Below are positions 1 through 8,466 of a stretch of 27,624 bases of DNA, in pieces; position 1 is the stretch's first letter, and each line of letters opens with the position of its first letter. Source of the stretch: an uncultured Actinomycetes bacterium. Lineage in GTDB: Bacteria > Actinomycetota > Acidimicrobiia > Acidimicrobiales > RAAP-2. A program made the position numbers and the translations under genes. Under the pieces are notes generated by a model. It searched no databases. It was not told the DNA's origin and saw only the letters and a list, made by a program, of their open reading frames with translations. The stretch lies in NCBI GenBank assembly GCA_903893955.1, contig CAITOG010000390.1:1-27624 (forward strand), in the 5' to 3' direction.

Positions 1-27
1 CACTGAGCCGGTACCAAGGGGGAAGCC

Positions 28-831
28 GTGTCCTTCATCATCGTCGAGCGACCAGAAGACCAGATCGCCGTGGTCACGCTCAATCGTCCTGAGCGCATGA
101 ACGCAATGGCCTTTGACGTCATGATCCCGCTCAGAGAGCAGCTCGAAGAGCTGAGCATCGACAATTCCATCCGCTCGGTGATCTTGACCGGTGCAGGTGC
201 CGGCTTCTGCTCCGGGGCAGACCTCGAGGACCCTGGTGCGATCCCCCACATCGATGGCCTCGGGCTCCCCTCCATCGCGCGACGCTCGATGGGTCTCCTC
301 GAGGAGGTCATCCACACGCTGCGCCGGATGAACCAGCCGGTCATCGGTGCGCTCAACGGCGCTGCCATCGGCGGCGGCTTCTGCCTGGCCCTGGCCTGCG
401 ACATCCGCATCGCCTCGACGAGCTGCTACTTCCGGGCTGCGGGGATCAACAACGGCTTGACCGCATCTGAGCTCGGCCTGTCGTACCTCCTACCCCGCGC
501 GATCGGCCAGAGCCGAGCCGCCGAAATCATGCTGACCGGGCGCGACGTGAGCGCCGAGGAGGCCAGTTCGATCGGCCTCGTGTCTTCGACGGTGGCACCT
601 GACGAGCTGCTCGAGACCAGCCTGGCCATGGCACGACGGATCAACGGCTTCTCCCACGCAGGCGTCGAGATGACGAAGCGCTCGCTGTGGTCGAGCCTCA
701 ACGCCTCGAGCCTTGAGGGTCACATGGAGGCAGAGGGCCTCGGCCAGCTCTTCATCAGGTTGACCACCCAGAACTTCGAAGAAGCCATCCGCGCTCGGCG
801 AGACAAGCGGTCACCGAACTTCGAGGCGTAG
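28..831 (+). CDS. echA12: Enoyl-CoA hydratase/isomerase (crotonase), mycobacterial EchA12-like
   Basis: Crotonase motifs (TLNRPERMNA, FCSGAD, GGGxxLALACDIR). The stretch YFRAAGINNGLTASELGLSYLLPRAIG is what I recall as characteristic of EchA12. GTG start is preceded by GGGGGA. Confidence 0.85.
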   Translation: MSFIIVERPEDQIAVVTLNRPERMNAMAFDVMIPLREQLEELSIDNSIRSVILTGAGAGFCSGADLEDPGAIPHIDGLGLPSIARRSMGLLEEVIHTLRRMNQPVIGALNGAAIGGGFCLALACDIRIASTSCYFRAAGINNGLTASELGLSYLLPRAIGQSRAAEIMLTGRDVSAEEASSIGLVSSTVAPDELLETSLAMARRINGFSHAGVEMTKRSLWSSLNASSLEGHMEAEGLGQLFIRLTTQNFEEAIRARRDKRSPNFEA

Positions 832-832
832 C

Positions 833-1216
833 TCAGCGGTTGCGGAGCTGCCTGGCTGCCATGTCGAGGTAGGCGATCAGCTCCCCGCGATCCTCGGGCT
901 CCATCTGCATCTCGTCGACAGCAGCGAGCATCCGCGTGATCCACGCATCTCGCACGCGCTTGGTGATCTTGAACTCGGCGTGTCGCATCCGGAGCCTCGG
1001 ATGGCCACGCTGCTCCATGTAGAGCGGCGGTCCGCCCCAGTACTGAGCCAAGAAGAGCGCGAGTCGTTCTGACGCCCCATCGAGGTCATCGGCCGGATAG
1101 AGCGGACCGAGGTACTCGTCCTCCAAGATGCCGTCGTAGAACCAATCCACGAGCTCGGTGAAGAAGGGCAGGCCTCCCACCCGGTCATAAAGGGTCTCCT
1201 GGTCGTCGGCGGCCAT
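833..1216 (-). CDS. glbO: Group II truncated hemoglobin (trHbO)
   Basis: LYDRVGG...WFY (B10 Tyr)...LYP...FLAQYWGGP...GHPRLRMRH (proximal His)...DAW (G8 Trp). Start trimmed to ATG at 1216, because the longer ORF runs through the tRNA. Confidence 0.92.
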   Translation of the reverse strand: MAADDQETLYDRVGGLPFFTELVDWFYDGILEDEYLGPLYPADDLDGASERLALFLAQYWGGPPLYMEQRGHPRLRMRHAEFKITKRVRDAWITRMLAAVDEMQMEPEDRGELIAYLDMAARQLRNR

Positions 1217-1302
1217 GGAGGAACCGTATCGGAAGCCGCCTCGATTGAGACGCTCTCTAGCCGACGACCTAGACTTCATCGAGTCCAGCCACGGCTGGCG
1301 CT

Positions 1303-1373
<71 letters not shown>

Positions 1374-1465
1374 CTCCTGGTTCCAGCGAGGAACCTCATG
1401 CATCATGAGACGGTCGGCGAGCGACTGCATCGGCTCGAGACCGTGCCACGACAGGAGGTGTCGAG

Positions 1466-2632
1466 ATGGTGATGGCAGATCGCCCTGAGGTGGACACCGC
1501 GCCTCGGCCAGTCGCCGTGCTCGATGTCGCAGGGCTCGCCCAACAGATCGCCATCGCCGTCGGTCGTCTCCCCTTCCGTCGCCCTCTCGCTGGACCGTCG
1601 AATCCGCTCGCCAACTTCGCAGCGAGCGCCACCAGGGAAGTCGTCCGATCCTTCATGGGCTATGCGACCTCGTTGACGGTGCCAGAGTTCCGGTCCATCG
1701 AGCAGGTGCTCGATGAGACCTGCAAGGTCGTGATGCCCCCGGTGGTCCGAGCGTTCGATGCCGAGCGCCGCTTCACGAGGATCGGTGGTGTCCCCGGCAT
1801 CCTCTACCTCCCCCGCCGAGCAGAGCCCGAAGGCGTGATCCTCTACCTCCACGGTGGCGGGTACATCGGGACCTCCCCGACCATGTACGCCTTCTTCACC
1901 TCACGGCTGTGTCGAGACACCCGCTGCGCTGTCTTCGTCGCCGACTACCGCCTTGCCCCCGAGTTCCCCTATCCGGCGGGGCTCGATGATGCTCGCCAGA
2001 TCCTCGAGGCCCTCATCGATCTCGGCGTGCCCGGTGAACGGCTGTTCGTCGCAGGTGACTCAGGCGGTGGCGGGCTCGCCAACTCGTTGGCGCTCAGCGC
2101 CGCGAGCGGCGACCACCCGATCACGCCCGCAGGCTTAATCCTCTTCTCCCCCGAGGTCGACCTCGGCCTCAACGAGTCCTCGGTCACCTCCAATGCTGAG
2201 CGTGACATCCTGCCGTGGAACATCCCCACCGCCCCGTACCTCAACGGGGTCGATCCCGCCGACGCAGGTGTGTCCAGCGTCAACGCCGACCTGAGCGGCT
2301 TCCCACCCACCTACGTGACCTGGGGAGGCGATGAGATGTTCCGGGACCCGATCCGACGCCTCGTCGCTGAGCTGGAATCGAACGACGTCATGACCCACGC
2401 GCACGAGGTGCCGGGCATGTTCCATGTGTTCCCGATCCTGCTGCCGTGGTCCGAGCGCAGCCGAGAGGTCTCGCGACAGGTGAGCGCCTTCGTCGAAGGG
2501 CTCATGGCCGAGCAGCCTGCGATGGCGCCAGGACTGCTCGCCCGGGACTGGGACGAGGGCTGGGCGCCGTTCGGGTTCGGCGCGCCGCTCGGGACGCCGC
2601 GTGCGCCTACCTCCCCTGACGACGAGGCATAG
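1466..2632 (+). CDS. Alpha/beta hydrolase, GDXG (hormone-sensitive lipase-like) esterase
   Basis: HGGGY oxyanion motif, DYRLAPE, GDSGGG nucleophile elbow, GMFHVF catalytic His. SD AGGAGG lies upstream of the ATG. Confidence 0.88.
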   Translation: MVMADRPEVDTAPRPVAVLDVAGLAQQIAIAVGRLPFRRPLAGPSNPLANFAASATREVVRSFMGYATSLTVPEFRSIEQVLDETCKVVMPPVVRAFDAERRFTRIGGVPGILYLPRRAEPEGVILYLHGGGYIGTSPTMYAFFTSRLCRDTRCAVFVADYRLAPEFPYPAGLDDARQILEALIDLGVPGERLFVAGDSGGGGLANSLALSAASGDHPITPAGLILFSPEVDLGLNESSVTSNAERDILPWNIPTAPYLNGVDPADAGVSSVNADLSGFPPTYVTWGGDEMFRDPIRRLVAELESNDVMTHAHEVPGMFHVFPILLPWSERSREVSRQVSAFVEGLMAEQPAMAPGLLARDWDEGWAPFGFGAPLGTPRAPTSPDDEA

Positions 2633-2685
2633 GAGCACCCCGGCGAGCACCGGCTCATCGAAGACGGCCCCAGTAAGGTGCCGCC

Positions 2686-3729
2686 ATGCGAGCCGTCGTC
2701 ATCACCAAAGAGCGAACCGTCGAGGTCACCGAGGTCCCTGACCCTCACCTCACCGGCCCCGACGGGGTCATCGTCGAGGTCGAGGCAACGGCCATCTGTG
2801 GCTCCGACCTCCATCTCTTCCACGGCATGCTCCCAGAGGGCGGCGTCCACCCAGGCCACGAGGTGGTCGGTCGCATCGTCGAGGTGGGGTCCAAGGTCAC
2901 CGATCGAGCGGTTGGCGATCGGGTCCTCGTCTCCGCAGTGGTCGGCTGCGGCCACTGTCACCCGTGTCGCATCGGCGACCCGATCCGGTGCCCGAACGGC
3001 GGACCGATCGCTCTCGGCACCACCGGTCAGCTCGACGGGGGCCAGGCTGAGCTGCTCGCTGTTCCAGCCGGCGATCTCTTCACCATCCCTGTGCCAGAGG
3101 GCGTCTCGACAGAGAACGCGATCTTGCTCACCGACATCCTGCCGACCGGCTTCCTTGGCGCCCAGATGGGATCGATCGAGCCCGGCGACACGGTCGCCAT
3201 CTTCGGCATGGGCCCTGTCGGCATCATGGCCCTGGCCTGTGCGCAGCTCTACGGACCGTCGGCGATCTACGCCGTCGACGTCGTGCCAGATCGCCTCGCG
3301 CGTGCGGCTGCGATGGGTGCTGTCGCGATCGACGCCAGCGGCGACATGGGTGCGCTCGGGGTCCTCGAGGTGACTGGCGGGCGCGGCGTCGACGTCGCCA
3401 TCGAGGCAGTTGGGCTCCGCCAGACCGTGAGCGACGCCATCAGCTGCGTGGCCGCCAGGGGGCGGATCTCGATGGTCGGGGTCAACGTCGAGATGGACTT
3501 CCCGTTCCCGATGGCCCTCGCCTTCTTGAAGGCGCTCAGCTTCAGGGCCGCCTTCGCTGCCATCCCGTCGACCTGGTCCAACCTGGTCCCCTTAGTCACG
3601 AGCGGGACCCTCGACCTCGGGGACGTCTTCACCCACCACCTGGGCCTCTCTGAGGCGCCAGCGGCATACACGATGTTCGACGAGCACAGCCATGGCGTGC
3701 TCAAGGTGCTCCTCGACCCACGCCGCTGA
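2686..3729 (+). CDS. Zinc-dependent medium-chain alcohol dehydrogenase (formaldehyde-dehydrogenase-like subfamily)
   Basis: CGSDLH and GHE catalytic-Zn motifs, CxxCxxC-x7-C structural Zn, TDILPTG, GMGPVG Rossmann motif, Asp at the end of the adenosine-binding strand (NAD preference). Confidence 0.9.
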   Translation: MRAVVITKERTVEVTEVPDPHLTGPDGVIVEVEATAICGSDLHLFHGMLPEGGVHPGHEVVGRIVEVGSKVTDRAVGDRVLVSAVVGCGHCHPCRIGDPIRCPNGGPIALGTTGQLDGGQAELLAVPAGDLFTIPVPEGVSTENAILLTDILPTGFLGAQMGSIEPGDTVAIFGMGPVGIMALACAQLYGPSAIYAVDVVPDRLARAAAMGAVAIDASGDMGALGVLEVTGGRGVDVAIEAVGLRQTVSDAISCVAARGRISMVGVNVEMDFPFPMALAFLKALSFRAAFAAIPSTWSNLVPLVTSGTLDLGDVFTHHLGLSEAPAAYTMFDEHSHGVLKVLLDPRR

Positions 3730-3744
3730 ACGGCGTGCGCAGCC

Positions 3745-5001
3745 TTAGTTGGCTGGCGGTGCCGTCTGGGCCGTGGTGTTCACACCCACTACGCCAGAGA
3801 ACGTGCTGGTGAGGTTCTCGAGCCCGGCCTGCGTCGGATCGAAGCCGAGCGCCCAGCGCAGCTGTGCAGTCACAGACTGGCGGATCGCCGGCCACACCGT
3901 CGTCACCGACACGTCTGGGGGCAGACAGCCGTCGGAGCCGAGCGCAACCAGCGTCGAAGGGATCGGCAGCCCGGCCTGGTGGGCCAGGCCAACGAGACCA
4001 CCCTGGCTCGTCCCGATCCTGCAGATGTCTGAGAAGACGAGGTGGCCGGCGCCGGTGAGCGAGATCAGGCGCTTGGGCTGCTTGAGGGCGTTGTAGGCGC
4101 TGACCATGCTCGATGGCTTCACGATCTTGTCGTTGGTGCCGTACTCGAGCAGACCGGGGACCGAGGGAACAGTCGAGCCGGGGCCGGTCGAGGTCTGTCC
4201 GAAGGCTCCGAACGAGGCGCCCGCGAGCCCGACGAATGCCTTGACCTGCTTGTCGGCGACAGCAAGCTTCTCGACCGCAGCGCCGCCGGCGGAGTGGCCC
4301 ACCGCTCCGATGCGGGTCATGTCGAGGTGCTGATAGAAGGGTGACGAACCCGACGAGTTTTGGCCACCCATCAGCGTGATGGTGTTCTCGAGGTCGGTGA
4401 CATCGTGGCTCTGCATCGATCCGGACGACGACGAGCCGCTCAGCGTGCTCGAGAGCACGTGGGTCAGATCCCGGTCGGTGTGCTCCGGCGCCGCGACCAC
4501 GAAGCCCCACGAGGCGAGGTGCGACGTCAGGAACGTCGACTGCGTCCTGAAGCCGGCGAACCCGTGGCTGAACACGACCAGTGGGTAAGCGCCATCAGCC
4601 ACCGGCACGTTCCGGATCGCCCCCGAGGGGTACGTCGACGCGGTGACCTTGACGAAGAGCGGCTTGAGCGATGCCGGGAGGTAGGCCTTCACGTCGTAGG
4701 TGGCAGCCGGCCCGTGGTACCCATCGGGTGCCGCCGGATACCAGACCTCGACCGGTGCCCCGCTCGGCAGGCGAAGCGTCGTCTCTCCAACGGCCAACGG
4801 TCCCACGCCGACGAAGCTCGTCGGCCCGACCCCTTGCACGACCGGGACCGCGTCACCGGTGCCGTTGGTCCCGTTCGAGCCGTGGTGGAGCAAGGCGAAG
4901 ATCGTCGCCAAGCCACCGATCGTCGCCAACATCCCAAGGATGAGGAACGGGATGATGATCGGGGAACGGGACTTGTCGATGTTGGTGGAGACGTGGTCCA
5001 T
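3745..5001 (-). CDS. Membrane-anchored/exported alpha/beta hydrolase (PAF-acetylhydrolase/chlorophyllase/dienelactone-hydrolase-like)
   Basis: N-terminal hydrophobic helix, VWYP, PLVVFSHGFAG, GFVVAAPEH, GHSAGG nucleophile, GTND (Asp), AGHLVFSD (His). Confidence 0.82.
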   Translation of the reverse strand: MDHVSTNIDKSRSPIIIPFLILGMLATIGGLATIFALLHHGSNGTNGTGDAVPVVQGVGPTSFVGVGPLAVGETTLRLPSGAPVEVWYPAAPDGYHGPAATYDVKAYLPASLKPLFVKVTASTYPSGAIRNVPVADGAYPLVVFSHGFAGFRTQSTFLTSHLASWGFVVAAPEHTDRDLTHVLSSTLSGSSSSGSMQSHDVTDLENTITLMGGQNSSGSSPFYQHLDMTRIGAVGHSAGGAAVEKLAVADKQVKAFVGLAGASFGAFGQTSTGPGSTVPSVPGLLEYGTNDKIVKPSSMVSAYNALKQPKRLISLTGAGHLVFSDICRIGTSQGGLVGLAHQAGLPIPSTLVALGSDGCLPPDVSVTTVWPAIRQSVTAQLRWALGFDPTQAGLENLTSTFSGVVGVNTTAQTAPPAN

Positions 5002-5049
5002 GACTTCTCTCTCGTGGGGGATCGAGCTGCGTACTAGAGGAGTGAACCG

Positions 5050-6903
5050 CTAGGACTTCTGTCCTGTCAACTGCTCGAGCTCCTTGGCGACTGCAGCCTC
5101 ACGCTCGTCGAAGTCCTGCTTGGCCTTCTTCGGGCTCCAGCGACCCTTCGTCAGGAAGATGAAGGGGATGAACAGGATCATGCCAGCAATGTCGATGTAG
5201 AACCAGGTCTGCCACTGCTTCGGGCTCTTGGCCAGGGCGTCGTTCGCTGTGAGGAGCGCGTCCTGGTGGATGGAGAGGTAGTTGAGCTGACAGGCATAGG
5301 GCGCCACAAGAGTGTTGAAGTCCGTCTTGAGCGTCAGCAGCTTGGTCACGTTGTCGGCACCGAGCGTCTTCTCGATGGCAGCGATGGCGCTCGCGCTCGG
5401 CGCAGCGACGTTCGCCGCGGCGACGACCCGGTAGTGGGCCGACACCAGCTTGAGCAGCGTGGCGTGCGCCTGAGCGAACTTGACCGAGTCAGGGTGCAGC
5501 GCCTGGAAGATCTGCGCGCTCTGGCCGGCTGGCACCGTCGGCCCAGGGATCGCTGGCAGCGGACCGAGCTTCGGTGCAACGTCACACTGCGGGATAGCCG
5601 CTGTGGCGACACCGCTGTTGTTCACGATGGGGGTGACCGAGGAGATCACCAACGGGAAGAAGATGAAGGAGATCGACACGCACAGGCGCAGGATCCAGCC
5701 CCACAGCGCGAGGCCGGTCGCCACGAGGGCAGGGTTCTTCGCCTCGACAGTCTCGGTGTAGCCCGCCATCCACGGTGCGTACGCGATCGAGATGCCGAAT
5801 GCCATCAGCACGCCCAGGAATGCGAGCATGGAGAAGGAGGTATGCGCCTTGGTGGCGAACGACGAGAAAATCAGCACCAAGGGGATGGTGATGAGCGCAC
5901 CAGCGAGCATGAAGGGCTTACGGACCCTGATCTTGTCGGAAGCCCAACCGACGACGATGAGCGCGACGATGTCGGCGCCCCAGAACCACTGGTTGAGGCT
6001 GTTGGCATCGGCGGTGGTGAAGGGCAGGCCGTTCGGGTGGGTGAAGGTAACCACGTAGTAGATCGTGAAGAACGACGCAGCCACGAAGTAGAAGAGCAAG
6101 AAGAGGGAGATCCCGAGCGAGGACCCGATGAGGTCGGGCTTGAGGATCTGCTTCCAGGGGTGGGCGAGGTCGGCGACGACCTTCTCTTCGCTGATGCCCT
6201 GGGCACGGGCCTGGACGAGTGCCTTGTCGCGCTCAGAGGCCATCAGCTGATCACGCACCTGCGGGGACAGGTCACGCATGAAGAACAGCGAGATCACGAA
6301 CACGGCGAGGGAGAACAGTCCGGAGATCCAGAATTGGCTCTGCCAGTCGCCGAAGTGGTTCAAGGTTCGGCTGGCAACGATCGAGGTGAGGAGGCTTCCT
6401 GCGACTGGGCCGACGGTCCAGAACCCCATTGCGGATGCTCGACCCATCTGCGGGCTGAAGTCACGCACCAGTGACGGGGTGGCCACGAGGATTGCACCCT
6501 CGACCAAGCCCATGAGCGAGATCCAGAAGGCGAACATCAACTGGGTGTGCGCGCTCGTGACCCCGAAGCAAACGATCAGGCCGACGATGAGCAAGCCGTA
6601 GATGACGACATTGGTTCGACCGAACCGGTCGGTCAGCGACGCGGGAAGCGAGGCGAAGGCGCCAAGGGCGTTCGAGACGACCACGATGCCCACGTAGTAG
6701 GCGAAGGACATGTGGAACGACGCAAGGATGTTGGGGGTGACACCCGTCTGGGTGAAGTACGTGTAGTACAAGGTGACCGTCGCCAGCACGGCCAGCGCCA
6801 AGTACCCCATCCGCTTACCGCCGGTCGGATACTCGCTGATCTCGTGGTGGAACAGGAACCGGGGAACTGGGTTCTTCGGTCCGCTCTGGACGTCGTCGCT
6901 CAT
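5050..6903 (-). CDS. MFS transporter, 12 TM, with a large loop before the last TM
   Basis: About 12 hydrophobic segments, motif A-like TDRFGRT (loop 2-3) and SDKIRVRK (loop 8-9). SD AAGGGGGGG upstream. Confidence 0.88.
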   Translation of the reverse strand: MSDDVQSGPKNPVPRFLFHHEISEYPTGGKRMGYLALAVLATVTLYYTYFTQTGVTPNILASFHMSFAYYVGIVVVSNALGAFASLPASLTDRFGRTNVVIYGLLIVGLIVCFGVTSAHTQLMFAFWISLMGLVEGAILVATPSLVRDFSPQMGRASAMGFWTVGPVAGSLLTSIVASRTLNHFGDWQSQFWISGLFSLAVFVISLFFMRDLSPQVRDQLMASERDKALVQARAQGISEEKVVADLAHPWKQILKPDLIGSSLGISLFLLFYFVAASFFTIYYVVTFTHPNGLPFTTADANSLNQWFWGADIVALIVVGWASDKIRVRKPFMLAGALITIPLVLIFSSFATKAHTSFSMLAFLGVLMAFGISIAYAPWMAGYTETVEAKNPALVATGLALWGWILRLCVSISFIFFPLVISSVTPIVNNSGVATAAIPQCDVAPKLGPLPAIPGPTVPAGQSAQIFQALHPDSVKFAQAHATLLKLVSAHYRVVAAANVAAPSASAIAAIEKTLGADNVTKLLTLKTDFNTLVAPYACQLNYLSIHQDALLTANDALAKSPKQWQTWFYIDIAGMILFIPFIFLTKGRWSPKKAKQDFDEREAAVAKELEQLTGQKS

Positions 6904-6936
6904 GGAATTTCCCCCCCTTGGATGACTGCTCGCATC

Positions 6937-6942
6937 ACACTA
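6937..6942 (-). promoter_or_regulatory. Putative -10 element (TAGTGT) for the MFS/hydrolase genes
   Basis: TANNNT hexamer about 35 nt upstream of the MFS ATG. Confidence 0.4.
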
Positions 6943-6972
6943 GCCACGCGAGCCACCTAGAGACCATCTCTT

Positions 6973-7251
6973 CTAGAACGGCAGCCCCGGCTCCTCTGCA
7001 AGCGAAAGTCCCTGACCCTTCGCCCCAGGCCGGAAGACCTGCTCGGGTCGGAAGCTCCAGAGCTTTCGATCGCCACGCTTGCCGCCGACCACTTCGACCC
7101 ACGACTGACCATTCTCGAGATGCTCGACGAAGGCGACGAACTCGAAGGACCCCCGGCGTGCTCGTGCGTCGTCGATAGAGACCGGATCGCCGGCGCGCAA
7201 GCCGGCCCACGAGGTGCTTCGTCGAACCTTGCCCTGGGGTGCGTCGGTCAC
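6973..7251 (-). CDS. Small hypothetical beta-rich protein (~92 aa)
   Basis: Fills the gap between MFS and PAP2. Globular-looking sequence (WAGLRAGDPVSI...FEFVAFVEH...WVEVVGG...SFRPEQV). Start uncertain (GTG 7251 or ATG 7290). Confidence 0.6.
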   Translation of the reverse strand: MTDAPQGKVRRSTSWAGLRAGDPVSIDDARARRGSFEFVAFVEHLENGQSWVEVVGGKRGDRKLWSFRPEQVFRPGAKGQGLSLAEEPGLPF

Positions 7252-7299
7252 GACCCCGTTCTTAGCGCAGGCCAGTCGCTCCCCTGCCATGCTTGGCAC

Positions 7300-7812
7300 G
7301 TGGACGCTGCCGACACGACCGAGCCGGTGCAGCCCTCTGCGGCGACTCGCGCCTTCGACCTCGTTGCGGCCGGCGTCTCGACCGCCGCCGACCACGGCGC
7401 CGCAGTTGCGGTCTTGGTCTTGTTCGATGCATGGCGGCGGGGTCGGCCACTTCGCTCAGTGATCGTCAGGCTCAGCATCGTCGGCGTGCCGATCGTCCTC
7501 TTGAACACCCTGCTCAAGCGACTTGTCGATCGGCCGCGCCCTGAGAGCGATGACCACAGCGCGGCGCTCGTCCGAGCACCATCGTCCTCGAGCTTCCCCT
7601 CCGGCCACACGCTGGCTGCGACGGCTGCCGCTGTCGCCCTGCCTGACACCCGTGGAGGCCAGGCCGTGGCCTTGGCGGCAGCGAGTGTCGTCGGATGGAG
7701 TCGCCTTCGGCTGCGAGCCCACCACGTCGGCGACGTGGTGGGCGGGGTCGTCATCGGTGGACTCCTCGGGATGGCGCTCCGTCGGGTCCTCGATGCTGTC
7801 GGGCGGGAATGA
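7300..7812 (+). CDS. PAP2-family membrane phosphatase
   Basis: All three motifs present: K-x6-RP (KRLVDRPRP), PSGH, SR-x5-H-x3-D (SRLRLRAHHVGD). Start trimmed to GTG 7300. Confidence 0.87.
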   Translation: MDAADTTEPVQPSAATRAFDLVAAGVSTAADHGAAVAVLVLFDAWRRGRPLRSVIVRLSIVGVPIVLLNTLLKRLVDRPRPESDDHSAALVRAPSSSSFPSGHTLAATAAAVALPDTRGGQAVALAAASVVGWSRLRLRAHHVGDVVGGVVIGGLLGMALRRVLDAVGRE

Positions 7813-7832
7813 AGTCAGGCTGACGAGGGTTG
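7806..7832 (+). promoter_or_regulatory. SigR/SigH-type ECF promoter (GGAAT-N18-GTTG)
   Basis: GGAAT at 7806-7810, 18-nt spacer, GTTG at 7829-7832, ending 8 nt before the ATG at 7841. Confidence 0.7.
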
Positions 7833-7840
7833 GAAATGGC

Positions 7841-8452
7841 ATGGCGCTCGTTCCCTTCACCTTGCTCTATGACTACCGGTGCCCCTTCGCCCGAAACGTG
7901 CACGAGCACGTGCTCAGCGCGCTCGATGCTGGTCTCGACCTCGATGTGACCTTCGAGCCGTGGACGCTCTCGCAGGGGCATCTCGAGCCAGGTGCACCAG
8001 CGGTCTGGGACGACCCGGCACACGATGCGTCGCTCCTGGCCCTTGAAGTCTCGGTTGCGGTGCGCGACGTGGCGCCTGAGCATTTCCGAGCGGTCCATGG
8101 CGCGCTCTTCGACGCTCGCCACGTCCAGGGGGTCGCGCTCACCTCGCGAGCGCAGATCGATCCGATCCTCATCGCCCATGGCGTCGATCTCGACGTCATC
8201 GATGCCGAGCTGGCCACCGGCCGACCACGCAAGGTCATCGCCACCAACTGGACCCACTACCACGACGATCTGGACGTCTTCGGCGTCCCCACCTTCGTGG
8301 TCGACGACGCTGATGCGACGTTCGTCCGGCTGATGCACGGCCCCGATCCCGACAATCCTGCGGCCTCCAAAGAGGTCATCACCCGGCTCCTCGACCTCAT
8401 CGTCTCCCACGAGGAAATCAATGAGCTCAAGCACACCCGCCTGAGCCGCTAG
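7841..8452 (+). CDS. DsbA-like thioredoxin-fold protein with a single active-site Cys (Rv2466c/FrnE-like)
   Basis: YDYRCPFA at the CxxC position, helical insertion, GVPTF cis-Pro loop. Start trimmed to ATG 7841. Confidence 0.8.
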   Translation: MALVPFTLLYDYRCPFARNVHEHVLSALDAGLDLDVTFEPWTLSQGHLEPGAPAVWDDPAHDASLLALEVSVAVRDVAPEHFRAVHGALFDARHVQGVALTSRAQIDPILIAHGVDLDVIDAELATGRPRKVIATNWTHYHDDLDVFGVPTFVVDDADATFVRLMHGPDPDNPAASKEVITRLLDLIVSHEEINELKHTRLSR

Positions 8453-8466
8453 ATCTCTGGCGCCGC

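Noticed and set aside
5266-6474. 402-aa plus-strand ORF
   Set aside because: Antisense shadow of the MFS gene, typical of high-GC codon bias, with no recognisable motifs.
1374-6903. Genomic island integrated at tRNA-Gly
   Set aside because: No integrase or mobility genes, and I found no duplicated tRNA 3' end. The TTCGATCCCC near 22548 is too short and lacks the acceptor-stem sequence.
6911-6917. G7 tract in the MFS ribosome-binding site as a phase-variation switch
   Set aside because: Seven bases is short and unremarkable in GC-rich DNA, and there is no evidence of length variation.
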